From: Reclinomonas americana ATCC 50394
Taxonomy: Eukaryota
Assembly (NCBI GenBank): GCA_048213135.1
Contig: PS015019.1
Location: 75,802 to 109,480, forward strand
Reading direction: 5' to 3'
DNA length: 33,679 nt
Shown: piece by piece, positions 1 to 16,227 of the stretch
Position numbering within the stretch: the stretch's first letter is position 1
Layout of the letters: each line of letters opens with the position of its first letter
The notes under the pieces: model-generated
The model's database searches: none
The model's input: the letters and a program-made list of their open reading frames with translations, nothing else
What the model was told of the DNA's origin: nothing
Translations under genes and position numbers: made by a program

Positions 1-3000
1 TGGCGTCATTCGTGCGACGAGGATGACGGAGGTGGCGACGGGGAGCGCAGCTGCGGCACATTACATCGTGGTGTAAGCAAAACGAGCAGTACGTAAGCTA
101 CAAGAACGGTGAGGTACCTGTGTTACTTCTGCGGGTTGATATTGAATAATGTCGGCCACATCGTCGTCCTCGTCGTCGTCGCTGGAGGGGTCACTGGAGG
201 CCGTCGTCAACGCGTGTACCAACGGGAGACCTTGTCGGTGCCGCGCCATCTCAGCTCGCAACGCTTGGATTTGTCCGCGCAGACTGGCCGACAGACTATC
301 CTCCGACGCCGAGGCAGCCGACGATTCGCTCACCGAAAAGAACTCGCTTCGCATCTGACGCACGTCGCGAAGAAGCGACTGCAGCTCCTCCTCCCATTCT
401 TGCCGCTGACGCTGTCGTTCGCTGCGCCCACGGCGACCACCACCACCACCAATCAGACCAAGAATACGAGAAGCGATGAAATGCACATACGCACCGCTGA
501 TGCGACGAGGTGACGCGTCGCAGCTTCTTGCTTAATCGGAGAGCCTTTTGACGCCACATGCGTGACACCTCGTCGGCCACAATGGCACTCTCGTCGTCTG
601 AAGACGACGATCCACTGGCATCCGTGCCGTCGTCGTCCTCGGCGAGTGCGGCAGCCGCCGTCGGTCCCATGAGATCGTTCAGTCTAGTGTCGAGCTCCTC
701 CTGGAGACGAGAGACGGCTTCCTTGAGCGCGGTGTTTTCCACGCTGCGGGCAGGGCAGTCAGTGCAACGGCGACACGGTCCGAGGAAGGAAGAGAGGAAG
801 AGAGAGAGAGCTAACCTGAGCATCTCGGTGGCGATCTCTGAAGTATCCAGCTGATTCAGGGTGTCGATGCGCAGTTGATAGACACGCAGACTGGAGACGT
901 GTGTGTGAGTAGCGACGCTGAGCAAGAGATTCAGTGCATTCGACACCAACCATTCCTCCAGAGCAGCCACATTCTGCGCATTTTGCGACCGCGTCTCCTC
1001 CAGGAGCGACTGCAAATCCACACCGTGGTGAGACACTTTGACAACGCTGACTGTCTCCCAACACGCATGCTTTCTTCCGCAACTCGAGCCTCCTGCAGCT
1101 GGTCCGCCTGGCGAACACAGCGCTCGCGCAACTCGCGGTTCAGAGTTCGCATTCGTTCCAGCTCTTGCAACTGGGAAGGGAGACACGGCGCGAATTGAGG
1201 TCAAGGGAAGGCTGCTGCGTGCATGAGTGTCAGCGCTCACCGTCTCACTGGACTCGAGCGACCCGAGTGCGTCGAGCGAGACGCCCAGCGGCGAGACCAT
1301 GAACGAAGACGACGCTGGCGGTGCGGCGGCTGTGACAATGGCGATGGGGGCACTCTTCTCGGGAGTGAGCGGCAGGTCAAACACCGCATCCTCCTCGGTG
1401 GGTGATTCGCCGCGGGATGGTGAACCGCCGATACTCAAACGCTAACAGGAGGCGGTGGAGTGACAGGGTGAGATTGAGAGCAGATGGCAGCGACGGTTGC
1501 CTTTTTTTCTGCGAGACAGTGCACGAACCGACCGCGCTTGCATCGACGAAGTGCGATTGACGCCAGCGAAAGGCGGAGGCCGATCGATCTCCGATTGCAA
1601 ATCATCGTCGTCTGTTTGTAAAGCAAAGTGGGAATGGCAGACGTATTCGTGCGCCACTCAATAACGCAGCACGCACCACCATCTGAATTGGCCGTCTCCA
1701 CCATCTCACACCATGTGGGGTCCTGCGTGTGCGTGTGAGCAAAGAGTCAAGAGGTCAAGGACGCACGATGGCACGAAACTCCGCGTTGCACTCGCAGTTC
1801 AGTGAGGAACAACTGCGTTCGCAACAGTGCAGTAGTGTGCGTGGCCAGTGGTGCGCACAGCGAGATATAGTGGCGCAGGTAGTAGTTCTTCCAAAACACC
1901 AAATGACCTGCGAGAAATCCAATCAGTATTCCGTATAGGTTTACCTCCTCGTCGAATCCACTCTCGCGCACCTGTCTCGAACTGCGGATAAAGGGCTCCC
2001 TCCACCATCTGCAGCTGCGAGAGACTTTTGAAAAAGTGCGGATCCGCGCTCATGTCTGCGCGCCAGTCACACAATCAGCATCATCATCATCATCATCATC
2101 ATCGACGTGTTGACAATTGTCACACCTTCCATGCGCAGCTCGAGTGGGCCCTGCGTGTAATACGGATTGAGATATCGCCGCCGCCGACTTCGCAGGTATC
2201 CCCACAGTGACGGGCGCTTGTGCAGATTGAGGCTTAATCTGCAGCGCAAAATGAGCGACATGTGCGTAAGCCGCACAACTGCAGAAAATGGATGGCGTTA
2301 CCTTTGGCGCTCGTTGTTGCCGAGGAAGGTACCGAAGCGACCCGAGTACACGTGATCGACCAGAGACAGCAACAGGCGTTCGTTGAATTCGAATGAACAC
2401 GGGAACTGACACAGGAGCTGGTACACACAGTCGATGAACTGTGCGAATAAAAACGGTGAGGTGATGGGGAGTGACATGTAGCAGCGAGTTTGAGGCAGCG
2501 AACCTGCACAAACACAGGTGCCCGACTTCCTTCGAGAAAGTCTTTCGAGAATGGGGCGAGACGATGGAGGAACTGATGGCCAGCATCAAGCCTATGGATA
2601 GCAGCAGCAGGATGAGAAATGGGGAGGATACATCGTCGTGTGTGTGTGCACGTACGCACCATTCCTTCTGAATCAAGTGCAAGAAGCCATCCAGTGTTCG
2701 ATAATACGGGTCCATGCACATTAGAGTTAACGACACCACTTGCGAAGTTCTGCATAGCCATCGTGTGAACTCCCGAGTTGCATCAACTCGCAAACATTCG
2801 TGCAGACGGAACACACCGATCCCATCCGTCGGAGCAGTGGACGAGGACACTGGTCTTCTCGTGCTCCAAGCACTGAATGCAAACGTGGGCCGCCCGAAGA
2901 ACAGTCTTCAAATGTTGCAACCAGCCCTGCATCGCGAGCAATGAGGAGCGATGAACGTCACTACCGCACTATCGATGCCTTGTCTTTTCGCCTCACCGTC

Positions 3001-5836
3001 GTCTCCAGCTGGGACAACCAATAGAGCGAACCGTGATTGGCGGGTGCCATGCACAGATCGTACAGTTTGCGGAACGAGTCACGAACACCCTTGACGTTGG
3101 CGATGCCGAGAAAGCTACCCATGTACACGAGTTAGTCGACGAGACCAATTCACAGAGAGAGAAAACTTGCATCCACTGACCGCAGATCCAAATGCTGATA
3201 CTGCGAGGCACTCTCAAATCCAGCACCAGCCGCCGTGTTGGCAAACGCATGCATGCGGTGTCGCAAGTCGAGAACCACAAAGCGCGTCGAATTCACTTGA
3301 TTGGCCATGCGGAAGCTCTCCAGCAGGAGCTGGTCCTCGGTGCAAGAGGCCCTGCAGAGTAGAGAGTGGGGTAAGAGGAGAAGGGGATAGGGGGAACAGA
3401 GGGGGAACAGAGNNNNNNNNNNNNNNNNNNNNNNNNNNNNNNNNNNNNNNNNNNNNNNNNNNNNNNNNNNNNNNNNNNNNNNNNNNNNNNNNNNNNNNNN
3501 NNNNNNNNNNNNNNNNNNNNNNNNNNNNNNNNNNNNNNNNNNNNNNNNNNNNNNNNNNNNNNNNNNNNNNNNNNNNNNNNNNNNNNNNNNNNNNNNNNNN
3601 NNNNNNNNNNNNNNNNNNNNNNNNNNNNNNNNNNNNNNNNNNNNNNNNNNNNNNNNNNNNNNNNNNNNNNNNNNNNNNNNNNNNNNNNNNNNNNNNNNNN
3701 NNNNNNNNNNNNNNNNNNNNNNNNNNNNNNNNNNNNNNNNNNNNNNNNNNNNNNNNNNNNNNNNNNNNNNNNNNNNNNNNNNNNNNNNNNNNNNNNNNNN
3801 NNNNNNNNNNNNNNNNNNNNNNNNNNNNNNNNNNNNNNNNNNNNNNNNNNNNNNNNNNNNNNNNNNNNNNNNNNNNNNNNNNNNNNNNNNNNNNNNNNNN
3901 NNNNNNNNNNNNNNNNNNNNNNNNNNNNNNNNNNNNNNNNNNNNNNNNNNNNNNNNNNNNNNNNNNNNNNNNNNNNNNNNNNNNNNNNNNNNNNNNNNNN
4001 NNNNNNNNNNNNNNNNNNNNNNNNNNNNNNNNNNNNNNNNNNNNNNNNNNNNNNNNNNNNNNNNNNNNNNNNNNNNNNNNNNNNNNNNNNNNNNNNNNNN
4101 NNNNNNNNNNNNNNNNNNNNNNNNNNNNNNNNNNNNNNNNNNNNNNNNNNNNNNNNNNNNNNNNNNNNNNNNNNNNNNNNNNNNNNNNNNNNNNNNNNNN
4201 NNNNNNNNNNNNAAGGGGAAGAGAGGGGGAAGAGAGGGGGAAGAGAAGGGGGAAGACAAGGGGGAAGACAAGGGGGAAGAGCAAAGGGGAAGAGAGGGGG
4301 AAGAGAAGGGGGAAGAGAAGGAGGGGAAGGAGAAGGTAAGGAGGGCTGGCAGAGCGAATGTGTGAAAGAAATAGACACAAAACCAGAGAGATTGAGAGAG
4401 TGCACGCGAGAGAACAAGGTGGCAGCAAGCCTCAGTGCGATTCTCGAGGGCCTCCTCTTTCGCCCACTTTCCCTTCGTCACACTCACCGCAGCAATCCCA
4501 CATGCGGCTGACTGCTGCGACACAGGGAGACGCCTGTGGCCGGGTCGGTCCAACACAGCATTGGAAAACGCCCCTTGCTGCGAAACTCGGCAATCTTGCG
4601 CAGGTGCTCGTTGGTGATGTTCTGTGGAATCACCAGGCGAGCTGGATACGATGGACAGACGGTGTAGTCCTCGTTGACACCGGCCACACGCCACGGCGTG
4701 GATTCACGGGCATTTCCAGCACCGGCAGCGGGCGCCGCCGCAGTCAACACGGGAGAACGATCTGACGAACCACGAGAGAATGACAAAAATGCACGTGCAT
4801 GCACAGAGTGCTGAGTCCGGCGGTAAGCAACACACGCACCACTGCCTTTTCTCGTGGGCTCGGCCGACGAGACGGCACCCATGCGCACGAAATCGTTGCG
4901 AGGCGCAAACGGTGCAAATCGCTCCTCACTGAAGAATGCAAAGGCGGACTCGATGCGCTCGTGGAAGCAGAGCTTTTCCAGCGTGTCGTGCACTCGCGCA
5001 CGCATGCTCTTGTCGTTGCCAAAGGAGAACCTAATTCCGCACAGTGGTGAGCTCTGCAGTTGGTGCGTGTTTGTGCACGTGTCGCGCTGCTGGTTGACCA
5101 GACCTGAAATACCGAAAGTCGCGAGTGTGAATCTCAACGTCGTAGTCGCGATTGCCGGCGTCGCGGGTGCCACGCGACAGCGTGAGGCGGTACACCGACA
5201 TGAGCGGGATGAAGGCGTACAGGGAGCTGCCGAGATCGTCCTGTGTGCACAGCGGCAAAGAGCGATGAGAGACAGCGAGCGACACTTGCCGGCGAAAGAG
5301 GAGGCACGCAACATATGTCGACGCTCGATCGGGGACAAAGGCAATACGATACGTGGTGATGTGCAACTTGCCACGACATGAGTGCGTCGTCGGTGGCACA
5401 CCTACAACGCAGTGGTCAGCGCAACCCACACTACATTCACGCGTGCATACACACCAACAGGAGCCGCGGCCAGCAACGACGACGACGAGCCAACCGCAGT
5501 AAGTCCACCACCGCCCGTCAGACTGTTACTGCTGCCCCTGCGATCGGCGACCGACAAACTGGCGCTGGAGCCCGACGAGGCGGAGCCAGCAGCAGCCGCA
5601 GACGCCGCAGCTGCAGCCGCAGTCGCTGCAACAGCAGCCGCCGCAGCACCAGCAGCTGCTGTCTTCACAGTGGGACACAAGGGGTGATGCACCGAGGCGC
5701 CTGGTGTCTGCATCGAGTCGAGTGCCGACGCCGACAGTGCATCGACAAAGCTAATGTTGCGCACGTCGGCGTGCGTCTCGATAATGTGCTCGCCCAGCAC
5801 GAGCCGGATGCCGCTCTCAAAGCGCGCGAGCTTGGC
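1..5836 (-). CDS. Myotubularin-family phosphoinositide 3-phosphatase (PH-GRAM + PTP domain + C-terminal coiled coil), multi-exon; start exon uncertain, 3' end probably runs off the window
   Basis: Spliced exons give [12 protein letters not shown] (GRAM), [61 protein letters not shown] (CX5R site split by an intron at about 2746-2817), [40 protein letters not shown]. Assigning the coiled-coil exons at 1-1700 to the same gene is inference from GT-AG phase continuity. Confidence 0.93.
4213..4330. repeat. Purine-rich 11-12 bp satellite (AAGGGGGAAGAG-like) in a myotubularin intron, next to an N-gap
   Basis: Tandem aggggga agag/agac units read directly; the same unit occurs at 16008-16040. Confidence 0.85.
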
Positions 5837-6082
5837 CTGGAGAGAGGAGGAGAGGGGGAAGAGAGAGAGAGAGAGGAGGAGAGAGAGGAGGGGAGGAGGA
5901 GGAGGGAGAGAGAGAGAGAATGAGCATTTGAGAGCGCGGAAATGCGAGAGACTTGATCATGAACGAGGGTGAGGTAGGGCGACAGGCAGGGTGCATGAGA
6001 GTACGTGTGTGTGAGAGAGAGAACTGCTCTCATGTGTTCTTGCGCGCGTACACACACATATCATCATGACACTCGCTGTCGC

Positions 6083-6132
6083 CTCTCTCTCGCACTCTCT
6101 CTCTCTCACTCTCTCTCTCTCACTCTCACTCA

Positions 6133-6175
<43 letters not shown>

Positions 6176-6177
6176 AT
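6083..6177. repeat. Compound (CT)n/(CA)n microsatellite
   Basis: Seen directly. Confidence 0.9.
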
Positions 6178-6582
6178 CTCATCCTTGCGACTCATGAGAC
6201 ACGGCCAACACGAACCTCAAACTGCGCGGGAGATAGCATTTCCACTTCCACACACTCAGGCACACACTCAGGCAGCAGGCGCGCGCTGCTTGCTTCCCTC
6301 ACACAGATACAGCAGAGCGCGTGAGGCGTACTCCCCGAGCGTTGTGTTGAAAGAGTGAGTGAGGTGACTCATACAAAATTGGTGCATTGGATGAGTCTCT
6401 GGATCTCTTCGCAAAAGAAGAGCGCATGTGTTTACATAAGCTTGGAGCGGAACAAAAAAGACCCCACATAGTCGGTATGTATCCGGCTGTCGGGAACCTG
6501 CATCGTTGACCACGCGCCCATTGTCAAACGATGACATTCTAAAGACCTCCCCCTTTTTTTTTTCGTCTCTCCTCTCGGCGGC

Positions 6583-10624
<4,042 letters not shown>

Positions 10625-11484
10625 TGTGTTGCGCACGTCGATGATGATGCGTGTGTGTGAGTGCAAGAGAGGGAGAGAAAGGGTGTGTGACGCGTGTGTT
10701 TCTGCGTGTGGCGATTTGACTGTATGTGTAATTGTTCCGCGCGCGTGAAAATTCTTCGTGATCGTCGTTGTGCGCATGCGTGCGTGGTGTTGGCGATGGT
10801 GGACGTACGTACCCGTGTGTTGGCCATTCGTCGGTGTCAAGCGCTGAGCTGTGCTGTGCCGTGATTCGGAGATTCGGTCGGACACGGCGTCGGCGATTGT
10901 CCGCTCTCTCTTTGTTTTTCGTGTGTTTTTTTCTCGCATGCTGGCGCGTCTGCTCTGTGCTTTCGCATTGCAGGTTCTGGTCAATCTCGGTTGGGGAAGC
11001 CAGAGGAAACCGGACGCAGGCAACGGTCGTGAAGTTGGCTTTCGATATCAGCGCGAAGGCAAGTCTGCTCATCAAGGAACGCCTTCTCATGGCCAACGAC
11101 CAGTTGCAATAACTCAGCGACTTGAATCCGACCAAGTCATGTCCAGCTTGTCCACACTGTAACTGCGCGCGACGACCAGGCCCACCTCCGGAAGCAAATA
11201 CGACAGATCTGACAGCGATAAAGTACAAGAAGAAAGCCGCTCCCTTTATCCGTCTCCTCTCTCTCTTGCCAACCGAAAGAAAAACACACACCAAAAAAAC
11301 GCACACCTCTCACTTGTACACCAACAGACGACGCTACTTTTTCCCATTGTTTCCCACACTCTTTCGTCACTGCTGCTTTTTCAAACGCGACTACGACACA
11401 TGGAGATACACAAAACACACACGACACGGGGATGGAAGAACAAAACCCGCACTACTATACAACCTAAGGCGGGATCGACGACAG

Positions 11485-12053
11485 TTATTCTGTTGTCAAG
11501 TCGGCGTAGGTCACTCGATGACCGGCAGACCGCTTCGGCGTTCCACTGCGCGGGAGAAGGTCAGTGGGGGGCGCTAGCGCGTGCTACAGCACACTACCCA
11601 CACTTACCCAGTTACATCCGCCGAGTCGACTTCAGAGGAGGCGGCCGAGTGAACACCGCTCGGGCCGGCGGCGCCATGGACTGCGAGGAGGAAAAAACGA
11701 GGTGAGAGGGAGGCACGGATAGCACCAGCGTGTGCGACCGCCCGCGCACAAACCTTCCATCGGAGCACGAGCAATGGCGGCCGGAATCGTCAGCACTCCA
11801 CTGGCGGCACCGCCAGCAACCTCGGCAGCCACCGTCAGTTGCAATGGCACGCGCGTCGGCGACGCCGGGCGCGAGGTGCGACGCGATCCCGGAGCACTCT
11901 TCCACTGCGGAACGCCGAGTGTGCGAGCCTCCTCCGAGTGTCGGCTCTCCTCCTCAATCGCCTCGATTTCCTGCGACAGACGCGACAGCGACTTGCGGGC
12001 CTTGTTCACAAAGTCGTCGAGGGTGGATGACTCGGAGACGCGACGTGCTTGGT
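11485..12053 (-). CDS. 3' part (three exons) of a hypothetical protein with a short coiled coil; 5' exons missing or in the gap
   Basis: Acceptor ccatcgcag, then DQARRVSESSTLDDFVNKARKSLSRLSQEIEAIEEE..., phase-consistent introns (gtttgt..cgcag, gtaagt..cgcag), ending GGTPKRSAGHRVTYADLTTE-TAA. Confidence 0.65.
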
Positions 12054-12114
12054 CTGCGATGGGGGAGAGCAAAGGGGGTGAGAAGGAGATGGGGAATGAA
12101 GGGGAAAGGAGCGC

Positions 12115-12181
12115 GTGTGTGAAAGATCAGTACAAGTTTGTTGTTGTCTCTTCTCTGTTTCTCGCTTTCTCGCGCCTACTG

Positions 12182-12244
<63 letters not shown>

Positions 12245-12667
12245 NNNNNNNNNNNNNNNNNNNNNNNNNNNNNNNNNNNNNNNNNNNNNNNNNNNNNNNN
12301 NNNNNNNNNNNNNNNNNNNNNNNNNNNNNNNNNNNNNNNNNNNNNNNNNNNNNNNNNNNNNNNNNNNNNNNNNNNNNNNNNNNNNNNNNNNNNNNNNNNN
12401 NNNNNNNNNNNNNNNNNNNNNNNNNNNNNNNNNNNNNNNNNNNNNNNNNNNNNNNNNNNNNNNNNNNNNNNNNNNNNNNNNNNNNNNNNNNNNNNNNNNN
12501 NNNNNNNNNNNNNNNNNNNNNNNNNNNNNNNNNNNNNNNNNNNNNNNNNNNNNNNNNNNNNNNNNNNNNNNNNNNNNNNNNNNNNNNNNNNNNNNNNNNN
12601 NNNNNNNNNNNNNNNNNNNNNNNNNNNNNNNNNNNNNNNNNNNNNNNNNNNNNNNNNNNNNNNNNNN

Positions 12668-12738
<71 letters not shown>

Positions 12739-12825
12739 TCAGTTCAAATGCTCAGTGTGTGAGTTTGCTTGCTGTCTCTTCTCTCGTTGTCTTCCCTTCT
12801 CGCACTCTCTCTCTCTCTCTCTCTA
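12115..12825. repeat. Imperfect direct repeat of a compound unit (GT)n-GAAAGATCAGT...-(CT)n on both sides of gap 12245-12667
   Basis: gtgtgtgaaagatcagt at about 12115-12131 and 12727-12743, each followed by similar tgtctcttctct sequence and a (CT)n run. Confidence 0.75.
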
Positions 12826-13180
12826 CGTGCCTCTCTGTGTGTAAGTGAATGAGTACGCGCGCGCGCGTGCATTCGTGTCCCACTCTCCCAGCTGTCTTCC
12901 CACACAAACACTCTCTTTCTCCCCCAGTCCTGCTCGCACACGCTGCCCCTCCCCAACGCCCTCTCACGCAATCATGGCCCACCAGGGACACACACACACA
13001 CACACACGCACGCGCGCGAGTCGCACAAACAAACAAACAAAACAGCAGCTCAAAGAGCCTCGATATACGCCCCCACGCGCACACACACACGCACACACAC
13101 GCACACAAAGAGACAAAGGCCACTCTCTGCCTCCTTCTCTCTTCCACACACACACTCACTCACCCTTTACAGCCGACAAC

Positions 13181-13327
13181 ATGCCATCCCAGTCGGCCTC
13201 GGCACGCTCCGGGGCCGAGATGGACGTTGAGCGCGGCCGTCCTCCTCCTCCCATGGTCGACGGCGGCGGCATCAACGTCGCCCCCGACCCGCCGACGTTC
13301 CCCAACAATGTCCTCTGTTGCTGCTGC
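13181..13327 (+). CDS. 5' fragment of a hypothetical protein (Pro-rich, then Cys run), cut by a gap
   Basis: acaacATG, MPSQSASARSGAEMDVERGRPPPPMVDGGGINVAPDPPTFPNNVLCCCC; coding-like GC3. Confidence 0.6.
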
Positions 13328-13347
13328 NNNNNNNNNNNNNNNNNNNN

Positions 13348-13520
13348 CCACGGAGCTGCGCAAGCGGATTGAGGAACTCGAGTCGATTGTGGCCGATCTG
13401 GAGCAGGAGAATGGTGACTTGGAGAAGGAGGTGCAGGGCGAGTGCGCCAAGAAGGAGCGTGCACGAGCACTGCTGGCGGCGTTCAAGGGCGAACTGGAGA
13501 GCTACACGCAGGAGGACTGA
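13348..13520 (+). CDS. 3' fragment of a coiled-coil protein
   Basis: TELRKRIEELESIVADLEQENGDLEKEVQGECAKKERARALLAAFKGELESYTQED-TGA; heptad pattern and high GC3. Confidence 0.7.
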
Positions 13521-13707
13521 GTTGTTCCCGGTCTCCTCCTCTCTTTCGTCTCTCGTCTCTCTTTCATGTTTTGCGTAGATGGTGGTATGACCCCTGCCTC
13601 TCTCTCCTCTCCCTTTCATCTCTCATGTACACCAATGATGTCACACGTGCGCGTGGGGTGGAAAGGGGGAGAGAGTTCATACGCACTTTCAAAAACGAGA
13701 CGTCAGC

Positions 13708-16227
13708 TTAGCGATATTGCTCCAAAATCATCTTGGCAATCGCCTGCAGCTGAATGTTGCTCGTGCCCTCGTAGATCTTGCCAATGATGGCGTCGCTGAG
13801 GAAGAAAGAGGCAGACAAAAAGGATGAGTAGGGATGAGGGGGAGACGATGAGGAGGGACAAACCGGTAATACTTCTCGGCGTCGTACTCCTTGGTGAAAC
13901 CGACACCGCCGAGCCACTCCACGCCCTTGGTGGCCACATCGCCAGCGACCTGATTGGGAGGGGACAGTGAGCATTCGAAGACCTGCTGCTCTCTTTCTAC
14001 CAAGCAACTCACCTCCGACGACCTCAGCTTGGCCATGGCCGCAATCTGCACGTAATCCTCGCCCGCCTCCTTGCGGCGAGCGGCCTCGTACACCAGCAGG
14101 CGGGTCGACACAATGTCGCACAGCGCACGAGCGTACTGGAATTGCATGCCCTGTTTGTTGAGGGGGGGAGGGAGGGAAAGGAGAAGTGAGAGAAGGGAGG
14201 AAAGGAGAGCGGAAGGAAGGAATGTGAGGAAGAAGCTGAAGAATGCAGAGAATGCGTGAGGGAAGGCAATATGCTGGGGTGCAGTGAGATAGAAGGAAGG
14301 AATGTGAGGAAGAAGCTGAAGGATGCAGAGAATGAGTGAGGGAAGGCAATATGCTGAGCGACAGTGAGAGACAAAAAGGAGAGGGAAAAGCTGAAGAATG
14401 CAGAGAATGCGTGAGGGAAGGCAATATGCTGGGGGACAGTGAGATAGAAGGAAGGAATGTGAGGAAGAAGCTGAAGGATGCAGAGAATGAGTGAGGGAGG
14501 GCAATATGCTGAGCGACAGTGAGAGTTAAAAATGGAGAGGGACAAGCTGAAGGGTTCAGAGAATGCGTGAGGGAAGGCACTCTGCTGGCGGCGCACACCA
14601 ACCTGGAACTCGGCCACTGCGCGTCCAAACTGCTGACGCTGCACAATGTAGCGCATGGCGTAATCAAAGGCACCCTGTGCGATAAAGCGGTGAGTGAGTG
14701 AGTGAGTGAGTGAGTGAGTTGCATTCTTCTCGCGAACAGCACACCTGAGCCAAGCCGATCATCTGCGCACCGATTCCAATTCGTCCCTCTGCCGCCACAC
14801 GTCAGCACCACGCGCATGTACATCACATCATGCATGCACGCTCACCATTCAGCGCCATGATGGCGATTTTGTAGCCCTGCCCGACCTGACCCAGCACACG
14901 ATTCTTGGGAATGCGCACATCCTCCAGCACTACTTCGTGCGTGGAGCTGGCGCGGATGCCGAGCTTGTCCTCCTTCTTGCCGAGCTTGACACCGTCGCCC
15001 TTTTCCACGATAAAGGTGGTGATTCCCTTGTAGCCTGCCCGCGGCGAGGAGTGAGACGAGCGGACAAGCGGCACAGCCACTCACTTCTACTCGCGCGTAC
15101 CCTTGCTGGGATCGACATTGGCCATCACGAGGAAGAGACCGGCCTCGCCTGCATTTGTGATCCACAGTTTGTTGCCGTTGAGGACGTAGTGATCGCCATC
15201 GGCGCGCTGCATGGCAAATAAGCACGTGAGGCTAAAAGGGAGAACAAATGGCAACAGAAAATCGTGTTGTCGCAACAGCAGTGGTCTTCAGCGCAAATGC
15301 GTCGGAGCCGGAGCTGCTCTCGCTGAGGCAGAAGGAACCGAGGGTGTCCTTGCAGAGGGCGGGCAGGTAGCGCGACTTTTGCTCCTCGTTGCCGAACTGG
15401 AAAATGGCGTTTTGCACCAGTGTGTTCTGCGCGACGAAGACAACTTGTGAGAACAGCAAGCGCAAGCAGGCACGATGGGAGAGCCACACAAACACACACA
15501 CCTGCACATCGACAACCACCGACAGCGCGGCATCGACCTTGGCCAGCTCCTCAATCACCAAGCAGCTGCTGATGAGCGAGAGGCCGGAGCCACCGTACTT
15601 TTCCGGAATTTGAATGCCCATGAAACCTGGCACAGCGTACGAGTGTGAGTGACCACCACTCGCACAGACCCTCGTGCGTGTGCGCACCATTCTCAAAGCA
15701 CTCGCGCAGCAGCTCTGGGCACAGCTTGGAGTCGTGATCCATCTCGCGGACTTTGGGTGCCACGCGCTCCTTGGCGAAGCGAGCCACTGATTCGCGCAGT
15801 TGCTCCTCCTCTGGGCGCAGCCACGAGAGGGGAGCGTAGGCGCCCTGCGAAGAAGAAAGGAGGTGAGGAAGGAGGCGGGAGAGAAGGGGATGAGAAGGGG
15901 NNNNNNNNNNNNNNNNNNNNNNNNNNNNNNNNNNNNNNNNNNNNNNNNNNNNNNNNNNNNNNNNNNNNNNNNNNNNNNNNNNNNNNNNNNNNNNNNNNNN
16001 NNNNNNNAAGGGGGAAGAGAAGGGGGAAGAGAAGGGGGGAGAGAATGGGCCTTGTTGCTTGCAATCTCAGACTTCACTTGCTTTTCTCTCCCTTCTCTTC
16101 CCTGTCTTCTCTCCCCTCACTCTCTCTCTTCTCTCTTTGCTTCCTTCACACACACCACTGCAGCCGCAGCAGCACTGCTGAACAGCGGCACTCGACGAGG
16201 AAGCCGTGCGCTCGCCAGCAACAACAT
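13708..16227 (-). CDS. ACADSB: Mitochondrial short/branched-chain acyl-CoA dehydrogenase
   Basis: Presequence-like [137 protein letters not shown] (catalytic Glu). Confidence 0.93.
14211..14580. repeat. Intronic minisatellite, about 5 units of 75-80 bp with alternating (dimeric) structure
   Basis: Anchor aagctgaag at 14233, 14313, 14388, 14468, 14544 (spacings 80, 75, 80, 76). Confidence 0.92.

Noticed and set aside
5920..6200. Candidate myotubularin start exons (ATG near 5960 or 6195)
   Set aside because: No donor both convincing and in phase with the acceptor at 5837; start left undefined.
10990..11215. Specific call as SRP, RNase P/MRP or U3 RNA
   Set aside because: Only fragmentary motif resemblance; kept as an unassigned candidate structured RNA.
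14211..14580. CRISPR-like periodic array
   Set aside because: Whole units repeat with no unique spacers, there are no cas genes, and it lies in a eukaryotic intron.
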